Shown: positions 29,387 through 38,548 of the stretch, one piece after another
How the letters are laid out: each line of letters opens with the position of its first letter
How positions within the stretch are numbered: the stretch's first letter is position 1
From: Candidatus Fermentibacterota bacterium
Lineage (GTDB): Bacteria; JAFGKV01
Reading direction: 5' to 3'
Length of the DNA stretch: 64,000 bases
NCBI GenBank assembly: GCA_016928395.1
Contig: JAFGKV010000134.1
Span: 2,631-66,630 of the forward strand
Translations under genes and position numbers: made by a program
Notes under the pieces: model-generated
The model's database searches: none
Seen by the model: the letters and a program-made list of their open reading frames with translations, nothing else
What the model was told of the DNA's origin: nothing

Positions 29387-30499
29387 CTACTTCGGCACTG
29401 TCCCCACCACACCCTGGACGAAGTAGGTCATGCCGAGGAGTTCCACGTCGGTGGCGCGGGTATCCGCTGGTATCGCCCGTGTTCCGTCCTGACGGAAAAC
29501 CGGGCCGTCAAAGACATCAAAGCGGCCGTCCACGATGTCCTGCTGGCGGGAAGCAACAAGCTGGCGCACATCCTCGGGTACGGCCGGGCCCCAGTCAGCC
29601 AGCGTGGTGAGGCCGGTTTCCATGCCCCACCAGTAATCCTCGCTCTTCCACACCCCGGCAAGCACCTCCTCCACGATGCGGGAATAGAGAACGCCCCAGT
29701 CCCAGATGGCCGCCGTGACGTATTTGGTGGGCGCGAAGGCCCGGGAATCGGAGTTATAGCCTATGGCGAAGATGCCACGTTCCTCCGCGGCCTGGATCGG
29801 CGCCGGGGAATCGCCCTCGCTCATGATCACGTCGCAGCCGGCATCCATTAGACTTCTGGCGGCATCCTTCTCGGCCGCCGGATCATACCAGGCATTGGTC
29901 CACACGACATGCACGGTGCATGAGGGGTTCGCCTCCCGGGCGCCCAGGGTGAATGCGTTGACATGGCGGATTACCTCTGGGATCGGCACGGGTGCGACAT
30001 AGCCGATCTTGCCCGACGTCGTCAGCGCGCCCCCCGCCAGCCCCGCGAGGCAGATGGTCTGATACGCGCGGCCGAAGTAGGTGCCAACATTGGCGGCGCG
30101 CTTGAACCCCGTGGCGTGCATGAACACGGTGGCAGGGAACCTCTCGGCTGCGGCAAGCACGGCATCCATGTACCCGAAACTGGTGGCGAAGACGAGCGTG
30201 CAGCCCTCCTGGGCGAGTTTGCTCAAGACTCGCTCGGCGTCAGCTCCTTCCTTGACATTCTCCACACACATGGTCTGAAGGCCGGGAAAACGCGATTCCA
30301 GCGCCTTGCGGCCCTGGTCGTGGGCAAAGGTCCACCCTGCGTCACCGATGGGGCCGACATAGATGAACCCGACCTTACGATCCACCTTCGTGGGGTTACC
30401 GGCCTCGTCACCCTTGTCTTCCTTGTGCGAAGCCTGGTCACCGCACGCGGAGAGGAGCACAACGCTCAGCAGGACCACAGTCATCCGAGTGAGTAGCAT
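29387..30499 (-). CDS. BMP-family (PnrA/Med-like) lipoprotein, ABC substrate-binding protein
   Basis: Lipobox LLSAC, then VGFIYVGPIGDAGWTFAHDQG...FATSFGYMD... An AAGGAGG RBS lies upstream. First gene of a 4-gene operon. Confidence 0.85.
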   Translation of the reverse strand: MLLTRMTVVLLSVVLLSACGDQASHKEDKGDEAGNPTKVDRKVGFIYVGPIGDAGWTFAHDQGRKALESRFPGLQTMCVENVKEGADAERVLSKLAQEGCTLVFATSFGYMDAVLAAAERFPATVFMHATGFKRAANVGTYFGRAYQTICLAGLAGGALTTSGKIGYVAPVPIPEVIRHVNAFTLGAREANPSCTVHVVWTNAWYDPAAEKDAARSLMDAGCDVIMSEGDSPAPIQAAEERGIFAIGYNSDSRAFAPTKYVTAAIWDWGVLYSRIVEEVLAGVWKSEDYWWGMETGLTTLADWGPAVPEDVRQLVASRQQDIVDGRFDVFDGPVFRQDGTRAIPADTRATDVELLGMTYFVQGVVGTVPK

Positions 30500-30782
30500 A
30501 ACTATCCTCCTTGCGGAAATGCCCGTCGTGAAGTAATGAGGAGCGCGGTCTTTGTCTACCCCTGATGCAGAGACGGTGAACCTTGTGCACTGCGGCCGTC
30601 GTGCGCGGAGTAGCGAATTCGCGAGCCCCGGAGCGGTTCATTTCTCTTGTTGCGGCAGTGCCGAGAATCACGTAGTCTTCCGGTTGCGCATGGTGTGTTA
30701 CTGCGCTAAGTTGAATGGAATGGACAAGTGCTGGGCTCTGCGTTGAACCTGTCAGCGCTGGACGGCGCCAGGAGGAAGCTGG

Positions 30783-32096
30783 ATGGATCGACCGAAGATG
30801 ATTGCGCCTGCCGAGGGGAAGCTGGGTGTGCTGCTTCCCGGCATGGGCGCCGTTGCGACAACCTTCATTGCCGGGGTCGAGGCAGTCCGCAAGGGCGGGG
30901 GGCTCCCCATCGGCTCCGTGACACAGATGGGCACGATCAGACTGGGCAAGCGAACCGAGGGAAGATCTCCCCATATCAAGGATTTCATACCTCTGGCCTC
31001 GTTAAACCAGCTTGTGTTTGCCGGCTGGGACATTTTCACGGACAATGTCCATGACGCGGCAATTCGAGCGGGAGTCTTGCGGCCTGAACTCCTGGCGCGG
31101 CTTCGCCCCGAGTTGGAGGCCATCTCGCCGATGCCTGCCGTGTTCGACCGTCACTACGTGAAGCGGCTCGACGGCCCGAACGTCAAGAAGGGTGCCAACT
31201 GGCGGGAACTGGCGGATCAGCTTGGCGACGATATCGCCTCGTTCAAGCATCGTGGTGGATGCGACCGCCTGGTGATGATCTGGTGCGGCAGCACCGAGAT
31301 CCACATGGTTCCCTCGGAAGTGCACCAGACCCTGGAACGCTTTGAACGCGGGTTGGCCGAGAGGGATCCGGCTATCTCCCCCAGCATGGTCTACGCATAC
31401 GCGGCCATCAAGGCCGGTATTCCCTACGCCAATGGCGCGCCTAACCTCTCCGCGGATATCCCCGCCCTCATGGACTTTGCCCACGACCGCGGAGTACCGC
31501 TGGTCGGGAAAGACTTCAAGACGGGCCAGACCCTCATGAAGACCATACTGGCTCCGGGCCTGAAGGCACGCATGCTCGGAATCCAAGGGTGGTTCTCTAC
31601 CAATATCCTGGGTAACCGTGACGGCGAGGTGCTCGACGATCCGGAAAGCTTCAAGACCAAGGAGGAAAGCAAACTCAGCGTTCTCGAGCACATACTGCAA
31701 CCCGAGGTCTATCCCGATCTGTATGACGGGCTGTATCACAAGGTTCGCATCAACTACTACCCGCCCCGAGGCGACAACAAAGAAGGGTGGGACAATATCG
31801 ATATCTTCGGGTGGCTGGGCTATCCCATGCAGATCAAGATCGACTTCCTCTGCAGAGACAGCATCCTGGCTGCGCCTTTGGTGCTCGATATTGCACTATT
31901 CCTTGACCTCGCGGCCAGATCGGGATGGCGAGGCATTCAGGAATGGATGTCTTTCTTCTTCAAGAGCCCCATGCATGCCCCGGGGCTCTATCCGGAACAC
32001 GATCTCTTCATCCAACTCATGAAGCTGAAGAATACGCTCCGGTTCTTGATGGGCGAAGAGTGTATTACGCATTTGGGGAACGAGTACTACGACTGA
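30783..32096 (+). CDS. ino1: myo-Inositol-1-phosphate (inositol-3-phosphate) synthase
   Basis: GVLLPGMGAVATTFIAGVEAVRKG...NLSADIPALMDFA...GKDFKTGQTLMKTILAPGL...WFSTNILGNRDG is typical of archaeal/bacterial-type MIPS. AGGAGGA RBS. Confidence 0.85.
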   Translation: MDRPKMIAPAEGKLGVLLPGMGAVATTFIAGVEAVRKGGGLPIGSVTQMGTIRLGKRTEGRSPHIKDFIPLASLNQLVFAGWDIFTDNVHDAAIRAGVLRPELLARLRPELEAISPMPAVFDRHYVKRLDGPNVKKGANWRELADQLGDDIASFKHRGGCDRLVMIWCGSTEIHMVPSEVHQTLERFERGLAERDPAISPSMVYAYAAIKAGIPYANGAPNLSADIPALMDFAHDRGVPLVGKDFKTGQTLMKTILAPGLKARMLGIQGWFSTNILGNRDGEVLDDPESFKTKEESKLSVLEHILQPEVYPDLYDGLYHKVRINYYPPRGDNKEGWDNIDIFGWLGYPMQIKIDFLCRDSILAAPLVLDIALFLDLAARSGWRGIQEWMSFFFKSPMHAPGLYPEHDLFIQLMKLKNTLRFLMGEECITHLGNEYYD

Positions 32097-32193
32097 AGGA
32101 CGACAGCCCAGGGGAGTGCGCGTGATAATTGGTCAAGCCCCACCTCCGAAGGCGGCTGCGGAGCGATTGCCCCAGCCCAAACGCCCCGGACCG

Positions 32194-32667
32194 ATGGAAC
32201 CCAAAGTGTTCACACGGTTTCTGAAGCCGGATGCCTACATACCCAACCTCGTTGCGACGGAAAAGGCCGAGATTCTCCAGGAATTGGTCTCGGTGTTGAA
32301 GCATCCCGGCCTCGAGAACGAATGCCGTTGCGTCCATGAACTCCTGCTTGCTCGTGAGCAGGTAGGCACCACTGCATTGGGCAAGGGGTTAGCTGTACCC
32401 CACGCCCGTACCGCCTTTGTCACGGGCTTGAGCGTGGTGATCGGACGGTCCATACCGGGAGTGAGCTACGGTGCTCCCGACCGCAAGCCCGTGCACATTT
32501 TCTTTCTCGTGCTGGGCCCCAATGAGGATCCCAGCCAGCTCTACCTCTCGTTTCTGAGCACCATCGTGAAGGTGTTCAAGACCCGAGCCATGAAGCGCCG
32601 GCTCTTGAGTGCGGCGAGCTTCGAGGAAATGGTCGGCATGCTGGAGGATGCACTGGCAAGTGAATAA
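32194..32667 (+). CDS. ptsN: PTS EIIA(Ntr)-like nitrogen regulatory protein
   Basis: EIIA type-2 pattern: LKPDAYIPNLVATEKAEILQELVSVL...REQVGTTALGKGLAVPHART...VHIFFLVLGP. The ORF track opens at GTG 32116. ATG 32194 gives the usual length of about 157 aa. Confidence 0.8.
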   Translation: MEPKVFTRFLKPDAYIPNLVATEKAEILQELVSVLKHPGLENECRCVHELLLAREQVGTTALGKGLAVPHARTAFVTGLSVVIGRSIPGVSYGAPDRKPVHIFFLVLGPNEDPSQLYLSFLSTIVKVFKTRAMKRRLLSAASFEEMVGMLEDALASE

Positions 32668-33010
32668 GGACATACCGCTTTTGGTCTCGCTGCAGGATAT
32701 CGACAACCTCCTGGAGGACGCCAGCGATCAGGGCGATGCCCATGAGCTCAAGTCACTGGGATTCGTCCTGGGAAGCCTCGAAGAGCTCAAGGCGGCCAGA
32801 GTTCGCGTGCGGGCCACGATTGATCAGGCCCTACTGCGCGCGTATGACCGGCTTGCCTCCGTCTATCGCCGCAGAGCTGTGGTTCCCATCGTCCACGGTA
32901 CGTGCTCGGGCTGCTTTGGCACCCTGCCTACTGCGAGGCTCCAGGAGGCAAAGACCGGCGACAAAGTGCTCTGCTGCGAGAACTGCGGCCGCATCCTGTT
33001 CTGGATGTAG
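32648..33010 (+). CDS. C4 zinc-ribbon protein (COG1579/DUF164-like C-terminal domain)
   Basis: GTCSGCFGTLP......CCENCGRILF forms a CxxC...CxxC ribbon after a helical region. It overlaps the ptsN 3' end. The start is uncertain. Confidence 0.6.
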   Translation: MHWQVNKDIPLLVSLQDIDNLLEDASDQGDAHELKSLGFVLGSLEELKAARVRVRATIDQALLRAYDRLASVYRRRAVVPIVHGTCSGCFGTLPTARLQEAKTGDKVLCCENCGRILFWM

Positions 33011-33049
33011 CCGCACCAGCTTTGGCCTGCGGGGGCGATCGGAGGTAGC

Positions 33050-33727
33050 ATGGCCCTTCAAACCGTAACACAGGAAGGGCGGATTCACGCGCGGACACTC
33101 AACTGCGCCTTTGAGGGCACAGTAGTGATGCCCGGAGCCACGCGTCTCAGGGAATTTCTAAACCGCCCGAACCCAACCATAAGCTTGACCGACGTCACGG
33201 TCACCACGGCCCCCCCGGGCGTATCGCGCTCCCCCGAGGAGGTCGCGGCTCTGACGGTCTACAAGAGCCAGATTCTCTATGCCACACTTGTTGAAGAGAT
33301 CCGCCGGGCCCGGGCCAATGTATATGAACGTGACGTGCTGGCTGCCCACCTGAAGAAGGCGCTCTTCACGTTTCAACTGGATGGGGGCATCATTGTGACC
33401 GGCGAAGTGGTGGGCGGCGAGCACGCGGTGGCCTTTCCCAAGGGTGCATTCCTGGCCATTGCCAATCCGACCCTCACCAACCTCCGGGGGATCGATCTGC
33501 TGGGCGCATTGACCTTCGTGCTGATCAATATGAACCGGATGGAGTACTACAAGTCTGTAGGCGCCGAGCCAGGCCCTCCTGTCGAACGAGCAGAGGCTGA
33601 AGAGCCAGTGCAGGAAGTGCAGGCGGAAGCGCCGGTGAAGAGTCCTCCTGACCCTGAGATGGATTTCTCTGATTTCGAAGCGCAATTCGTCCGTATCGGC
33701 CCGACTGACATCAAGACTCCTTCCTGA
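33050..33727 (+). CDS. Hypothetical protein translationally coupled to lexA
   Basis: GGAGG RBS. Its TGA stop overlaps the lexA ATG (TGATG). It may be an internal two-domain duplication with an acidic C-terminal tail. No family recognised. Confidence 0.6.
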   Translation: MALQTVTQEGRIHARTLNCAFEGTVVMPGATRLREFLNRPNPTISLTDVTVTTAPPGVSRSPEEVAALTVYKSQILYATLVEEIRRARANVYERDVLAAHLKKALFTFQLDGGIIVTGEVVGGEHAVAFPKGAFLAIANPTLTNLRGIDLLGALTFVLINMNRMEYYKSVGAEPGPPVERAEAEEPVQEVQAEAPVKSPPDPEMDFSDFEAQFVRIGPTDIKTPS

Positions 33728-34344
33728 TGCGTGAGCCCGGCCTGTTTCCCCGTCAGAGAGCCCTACTCCGGGAAGTACGGCGTCTCACGAAGGAGCAAGG
33801 CTATCCTCCCACGATCCGTGAGCTGGCCCAGGCCCTCGGTGTTCGCTCGCCCAACGGCGTCCGACAACAGCTCCTCTCCCTGGAACGAAAGGGGTGCCTC
33901 AGACGCGAGCCGGGTAAGCCCCGGGGAATCGTCTTGGCAGACTCCGCGGAGGAGGAATCCATTCCCATCCTTGGGCTCGTCGCCGCCGGATCTCCAATCG
34001 ATGCGGCCGAGATGCACCGCGGACGACTGGCGCTTGGCCCTTCACTGGGCGTGGCGACCGACAGATGCTTTGCGGTGGAGGTCGAAGGCGAGAGCATGAT
34101 TGGAGAGCACATCGTGCAAGGTGATTTCGTCGTGCTCGATCCGGGAGTGGAACCGCGCAATGGCCATATCGTAGGAGTCACGGTCGACGGGGCCGTGACC
34201 CTGAAGACGTATCATTCCGACTACGACGGCGTGGAACTCCGCCCCGCCAACCCCCGCATGCGTGCCATTCAGATCCGCTCGGGAACGGTGCATGACGCCC
34301 GGGTCATGGGAGTGGCCGTGGCCGTGGTCCGTCGCTTGGGATGA
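33727..34344 (+). CDS. lexA: LexA repressor (S24 peptidase)
   Basis: wHTH region TIRELAQALGVRSPNGVRQQLLSLERKG, cleavage site VAAG, catalytic Ser in VEGESM and Lys in VTLKTY, then C-terminal MGVAVAVVRRL. Confidence 0.9.
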   Translation: MREPGLFPRQRALLREVRRLTKEQGYPPTIRELAQALGVRSPNGVRQQLLSLERKGCLRREPGKPRGIVLADSAEEESIPILGLVAAGSPIDAAEMHRGRLALGPSLGVATDRCFAVEVEGESMIGEHIVQGDFVVLDPGVEPRNGHIVGVTVDGAVTLKTYHSDYDGVELRPANPRMRAIQIRSGTVHDARVMGVAVAVVRRLG

Positions 34345-36260
34345 GCATAGTGCGCCGTCTCTGGCTGCTGCTTTTGCTGCCCTGCGCCGCAATGGCCGAC
34401 TGGGGCGGTGTGGCCGGTGCCTACCTTCGTTTCGGGGCCTCGGCCCGCACCCTGGGTATGGGAGGATTGGATCTAGTGCTGGGACGCGGTGACGCCGCAG
34501 CCTACGGGAATCCAGCCCTGATCGGCCTGTTGGACGCCCGTGAGCTGTCATTCACCCATGTGGCCCTGTATGAGGGGTCATCCTATTCCGTAGCCACGGC
34601 GGCCCTTCCCGGCCAACGATGGGGCGGCCTGGGCCTGGCGGTGGTCAGTCTGCGATGCGACGGCTTCGAGAAACGAGGCGAATTCGACAATCGATACTCT
34701 ATCAAAGGGGAGGAGTTCGGCAGCGCCCAGACCGCACTCCTTGCCGGAGGGGGCAGGGATCTCAGTTCGTGGGCCACGGGAACCTCCCTGGGTGGTCGGA
34801 TCATCATTGCCGGGCACTCGATGCTGGATCAGCGGGCATTCGGCTTCGGCGCGGATTTCGGCATCGAACACCGGATGGTACTCCCCTATGTCCATCGACG
34901 TCTCGCTCCTCTGACCGTGGCCGTGACGGTTTCGAACGTACTCCAGCCTCGCGTTCGAATGGAGAGAGATGTGGAGCGTTTTGCCCGCCGCGTCGACGTG
35001 GCAGCAAGCTATGCCGTGCATCCTTGGGGCGCACTGGGATTGCAGGCCTGCGTGGCCGGCGATGCGAGCCGGCGGTTCATAGCCGGCATCGAGGCTATGC
35101 CGCGTTCCGACCTGGCGCTTCGGCTTGGTGGCAATGCCTCCGAGCTGACTGCAGGAGTGGGCCTTGCCTGGAAGGGGCTTGGCATAGACTACGGCGTGGC
35201 CTGGCATGACGAGTTCTCGCTCAGCCACAGGCTGAGCCTCGTCGTGGCCCGTCCTCGGCGGCCCGCGACGGAACCCTCCTCCCTGCCGCTCTGGGATGCC
35301 TCCCGGTGGGTGGTGCAACATTACCGTGACCCGAAGGCAGCGGATGCGGCCCATCGGCTGGCACAGGCGTTCGGCGGGAGAAGGGCGTCCCGACTCTACC
35401 GGTACGTTGTCGGTCAGCACCCCGCCACGATCTGGGCCGCCCATGGATGGCGATGGTTCGGCGATCGGTCCTACGAGGACCGCAACTGGAAGAAAGCCGA
35501 AACCAACTTGGTGCGGCTTCTGGGCCATCCCCACAGGGATGATGTGGCGGTGCCCGCCACCTGGTTCAGGCTTGGGGATGCGTCCGAGCATCTGGGTCAT
35601 TGGCGGACGGCGGTGGAGGGCTACGAGCTGGTGATGCGAGCATCGGGCGAGCCCGAAGACAAGGCGGAATCGTTCTTCCGAGCGGGGGCGATCCATTTCC
35701 TGCATTTGACCGACTATGCGGCGACCGTCCGCGTGTATGAAGAGGCCGTTACCCGGTATCCGACCCGTGATCTGTCTGATGCCTTCTTCCGGCTCGGCAG
35801 GTCGTATGCGGAGCTTGCACGGTGGCAAAGCTGCATCGACAGGATGGATGTGTTCCTGGCCAGGTATCAGACCGATTCCAGGGTTCCGGCCGCCCTCTTT
35901 TGGAGCGGGCGTGCCTACTACGAGCTCGGGTTGCCTGAGGAGGCGCTGCTCCGGCTGGAACGAGTGGTCGAGGGCTATCCTCAGGATGAGATAGCAGACG
36001 ACGCAGTCTTGTACAAGGGGCACTGCCGTCGGCTCACTGGAGAACTGGCGCTGGCCCGGATCGAGTATGCGCGGGTGGTGAAGGATTTCCCGATGGGAGA
36101 CACCGCGCCTCTGGCCCAGCTTTCCTTGGGCATTGTGCTGCAGGACGAGGGCTCGCATGACATGGCGATTCGCGAATTCCAGCGATTCATTGTGAACTAT
36201 CCCACTCATCCCGGCCGGAAAGAAGCAGAGGCTCGCCTCGGCACGTTGCGCCGTGAATGA
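34341..36260 (+). CDS. Fusion protein: N-terminal region with PorV/UPF0164-like motif (putative OM barrel) and C-terminal YbgF/BamD-like TPR repeats
   Basis: Signal MSIVRRLWLLLLLPCAAMA. The motif GAYLRFGASARTLGMGGLDLVLGRGDAAAYGNPALIG resembles the N-terminal signature of PorV/PorQ/UPF0164 barrels. The C-terminal half carries TPR-like helices (DAFFRLGRSYAELARWQSCI, ALFWSGRAYYELGLPEEAL). ATGA overlap with lexA. Confidence 0.65.
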   Translation: MSIVRRLWLLLLLPCAAMADWGGVAGAYLRFGASARTLGMGGLDLVLGRGDAAAYGNPALIGLLDARELSFTHVALYEGSSYSVATAALPGQRWGGLGLAVVSLRCDGFEKRGEFDNRYSIKGEEFGSAQTALLAGGGRDLSSWATGTSLGGRIIIAGHSMLDQRAFGFGADFGIEHRMVLPYVHRRLAPLTVAVTVSNVLQPRVRMERDVERFARRVDVAASYAVHPWGALGLQACVAGDASRRFIAGIEAMPRSDLALRLGGNASELTAGVGLAWKGLGIDYGVAWHDEFSLSHRLSLVVARPRRPATEPSSLPLWDASRWVVQHYRDPKAADAAHRLAQAFGGRRASRLYRYVVGQHPATIWAAHGWRWFGDRSYEDRNWKKAETNLVRLLGHPHRDDVAVPATWFRLGDASEHLGHWRTAVEGYELVMRASGEPEDKAESFFRAGAIHFLHLTDYAATVRVYEEAVTRYPTRDLSDAFFRLGRSYAELARWQSCIDRMDVFLARYQTDSRVPAALFWSGRAYYELGLPEEALLRLERVVEGYPQDEIADDAVLYKGHCRRLTGELALARIEYARVVKDFPMGDTAPLAQLSLGIVLQDEGSHDMAIREFQRFIVNYPTHPGRKEAEARLGTLRRE

Positions 36261-36309
36261 TGGTGGGTGGGCGTAGGGATTCTTCGTCTTCTGGGTGAAG
36301 GGAGATGGC

Positions 36310-37119
36310 ATGAGACTAGCCGTGGGAAGCGCGGTGTTCATCGTGGCGCTCGGCGCCATGACGATCGCCGGCGCGCAGCCCCCCCAAGATCCGGCGGGGC
36401 TGGAGGGTGAGAGCGAGGCACTGGGTCTGCCCGTGGTTGACACCGTGACGCTGGAGCCTGTCCGTGAAGAAGGCCACATCATGGTGAAGCGGGGCTTCAT
36501 TCAGGATTTGTGGCGCAAGGGCGGCCCGGTGATGTGGGTTCTACTGGCCAACTCGGTGTTCGGCATTTCCTTGGTTGTGGAGCGGCTGCTTGCCCTACGA
36601 CGATCCAAAGTGCTGCCGACATCGTTTCTCAGGAATGTCCGTACCCGATGGCTTTCCGGCGATGTGAAGGGTGCCTTTGACCTGTGCAGCGAGACCGACA
36701 TCCCCATCGCCCGGGTGCTCAAGGCGGGTCTCGCCAAGCACGGCAGGGGCGTGGCGGAGATCGAGCGCGCCATCGAGGCTTCGGGTGGCCATGAGATTCA
36801 ATCTCTGTCCAAACACCTGCGCACCTTGGGCGCTCTGGCGAGTATCGCTCCTCTCCTGGGCATTCTGGGTACCGTCACGGGAATGATCAAGGCGTTCAAC
36901 ACCATTGCCGTGAGCGGGTCGCGCCGGCCCGACCTCATCGCCTCGGGTATTTCGGAGGCTCTCATTACCACGGCCACCGGGCTCTCCATCGGCATTCCGC
37001 TGTTCGTGCTGTACCATTACCTCATGGGCAGGGCCGAGCTTCGTACCTGGGAGATGGAGGAGGTCGCCATCGACATCGTCGAGAATCTCTCACTCCGGAG
37101 CGAGGGCATTGAGGTTTAG
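36310..37119 (+). CDS. exbB: MotA/TolQ/ExbB-family proton channel
   Basis: LGALASIAPLLGILGTVTGMIKAF...ISEALITTATGLSIGIPLFVLYHYL. The ORF opens at GTG 36295. ATG 36310 has a GGGAG RBS. Confidence 0.9.
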   Translation: MRLAVGSAVFIVALGAMTIAGAQPPQDPAGLEGESEALGLPVVDTVTLEPVREEGHIMVKRGFIQDLWRKGGPVMWVLLANSVFGISLVVERLLALRRSKVLPTSFLRNVRTRWLSGDVKGAFDLCSETDIPIARVLKAGLAKHGRGVAEIERAIEASGGHEIQSLSKHLRTLGALASIAPLLGILGTVTGMIKAFNTIAVSGSRRPDLIASGISEALITTATGLSIGIPLFVLYHYLMGRAELRTWEMEEVAIDIVENLSLRSEGIEV

Positions 37120-37531
37120 AAAGCGCACCCCGGAGGGGATCGAACTGCAAATCGTGTCGCTTATCGACGTGGTCTTCCTCCTGTTGATCTTCTTCCTCAT
37201 GGGTACGACCTTCGTCGACCTCCTGGACAAGCTGGACATCCGCCTGCCGGAAAGCACGGCGACCACCCGGCAGCAACGCCGCAACCACCTCATCGAGCTG
37301 AGCGTAGACGGCCGGATGTTCCTGGACGGGGTCACGGTCACCATGGAGGATCTGCCTCTCCGGCTGGAACAGGTCTCTTGGGACCCGGGTATGGGAGGAA
37401 GAGTCGCTATCATCAAGGCGGACAAGCGAGTCACCCACGGCGACGTCGTCAGGGTGATGGGCATCTGCAAGAAGGCGGGAGTGCTCCAGGTCGGTATTGC
37501 AGCACTGCTGGAAATAGAAGAGGAAGTCTGA
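37109..37531 (+). CDS. exbD: ExbD/TolR-family biopolymer transport protein
   Basis: IVSLIDVVFLLLIFFLMGTTF followed by a periplasmic domain ending KADKRVTHGDVVRVMGICKKAG. It overlaps the exbB end. Confidence 0.9.
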   Translation: MRFRKRTPEGIELQIVSLIDVVFLLLIFFLMGTTFVDLLDKLDIRLPESTATTRQQRRNHLIELSVDGRMFLDGVTVTMEDLPLRLEQVSWDPGMGGRVAIIKADKRVTHGDVVRVMGICKKAGVLQVGIAALLEIEEEV

Positions 37532-37564
37532 GGCGCGGCCGAACGCCGGGCGTGGAGAGATAGG

Positions 37565-38509
37565 ATGCCAGCAGAAGCCATGGTGTTCCGGAAAGATTCC
37601 TTCTGGTCTTCAGGAGTGATAGTATCCCTCCTGGCCCATGTCGTCGTGCTGGTAAGCCTGAACCAGCTTCCCACGGCCCGGGTCCGCCTTCAGCCCCGGG
37701 AACTGATAATGGAGGTTGACCTCATGGAGCCTCCGCCCACGCCCGAACCTCCGCCTGAATCACCGCCTCAGGAGCGGGGCGAACTTGCCCAGCCTCCCCA
37801 GCCAAACCTGCTGGACATGAGCGCCGCGGCGCTGCCCGAGCCAGGGCAGGACCTGTTCCGGGATTTGCCTGTGCCCGACCTCGATTTGAGTTACGAATCG
37901 CCCCTTGATCTGCAGCAGCCGACCCTCGATCTGACTGAGAGGGATGTACTGCGATCAGATGCCAAGCAATCGGCCCTTTCGCTGGATGGGGAGTTCCTAC
38001 CGACTCTGCCGGGCGACAGGCTGGATGTGGGAGGCCGTAGAGACGCCATGGTGGTTGGGGAAGCCAGCCGCGACGGCCTGGCGCCGGCACCGGTAGGCCC
38101 CGGCCATACGCCGCGAACCGTGGGCTATCCCACCGCCAGGCCCACGGAGCGCACCAGCGGCCTGGAGAGCTCTCCAGTTCGACCCGCTGGAGCCTCTCGG
38201 TCCTTGGGCGTACCCGATAAGCCAACCGTGGGCGCTCCCGGCGAGGTGATGCCTGGTTCACGGACTCGGAAACGTCTTCGCCTTGTGGAGCCTACCGTGC
38301 CCGCGTGGGTCGAGGACCAGGGCATCGAAGCCTATGCGAAAGTACGTTTTCAGATTCTGGAAGACGGGAGGATCGGCACCATCGAGCTGACCATGTCCTC
38401 AGGCTATCGTGAGCTGGACAATCTCGCCATCGGCGCGGTGAAACAGTGGCTGTATGAACCGGGGCTGGTTGAGTACCGGTCCGTCAGGGTGAACTTCAAG
38501 CTACGGTAG
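37565..38509 (+). CDS. TonB/TolA-like energy transducer
   Basis: N-terminal TM (SSGVIVSLLAHVVVLVSL), Pro-rich spacer PPPTPEPPPESPP, and a TonB-C-like end: PAWVEDQGIEAYAKVRFQILEDGRIGTIELTMSSGYRELDNLAIGAVKQWLYEP. Confidence 0.8.
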   Translation: MPAEAMVFRKDSFWSSGVIVSLLAHVVVLVSLNQLPTARVRLQPRELIMEVDLMEPPPTPEPPPESPPQERGELAQPPQPNLLDMSAAALPEPGQDLFRDLPVPDLDLSYESPLDLQQPTLDLTERDVLRSDAKQSALSLDGEFLPTLPGDRLDVGGRRDAMVVGEASRDGLAPAPVGPGHTPRTVGYPTARPTERTSGLESSPVRPAGASRSLGVPDKPTVGAPGEVMPGSRTRKRLRLVEPTVPAWVEDQGIEAYAKVRFQILEDGRIGTIELTMSSGYRELDNLAIGAVKQWLYEPGLVEYRSVRVNFKLR

Positions 38510-38548
38510 TGGGCAGTTCGACAACCACAGCACGAGTGACTGACTGAC

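Noticed and set aside
32980-33049. SOS (LexA) box upstream of the hyp-lexA pair
   Set aside because: There is a CTGTTCTGGATGTAG string but no matching ACAG half-site. There is no GAAC-N4-GTTC, only a weak 5-bp inverted repeat. The operator for this lineage is unknown, so no call was made.
34578-36500. 640-aa ORF on the minus strand, one of the longest in the track
   Set aside because: It lies fully antisense to the putative-barrel/TPR gene and exbB. Its translation is Arg/Pro/Gly/His-rich with no recognisable motif. This is a typical shadow ORF of a GC-rich genome.
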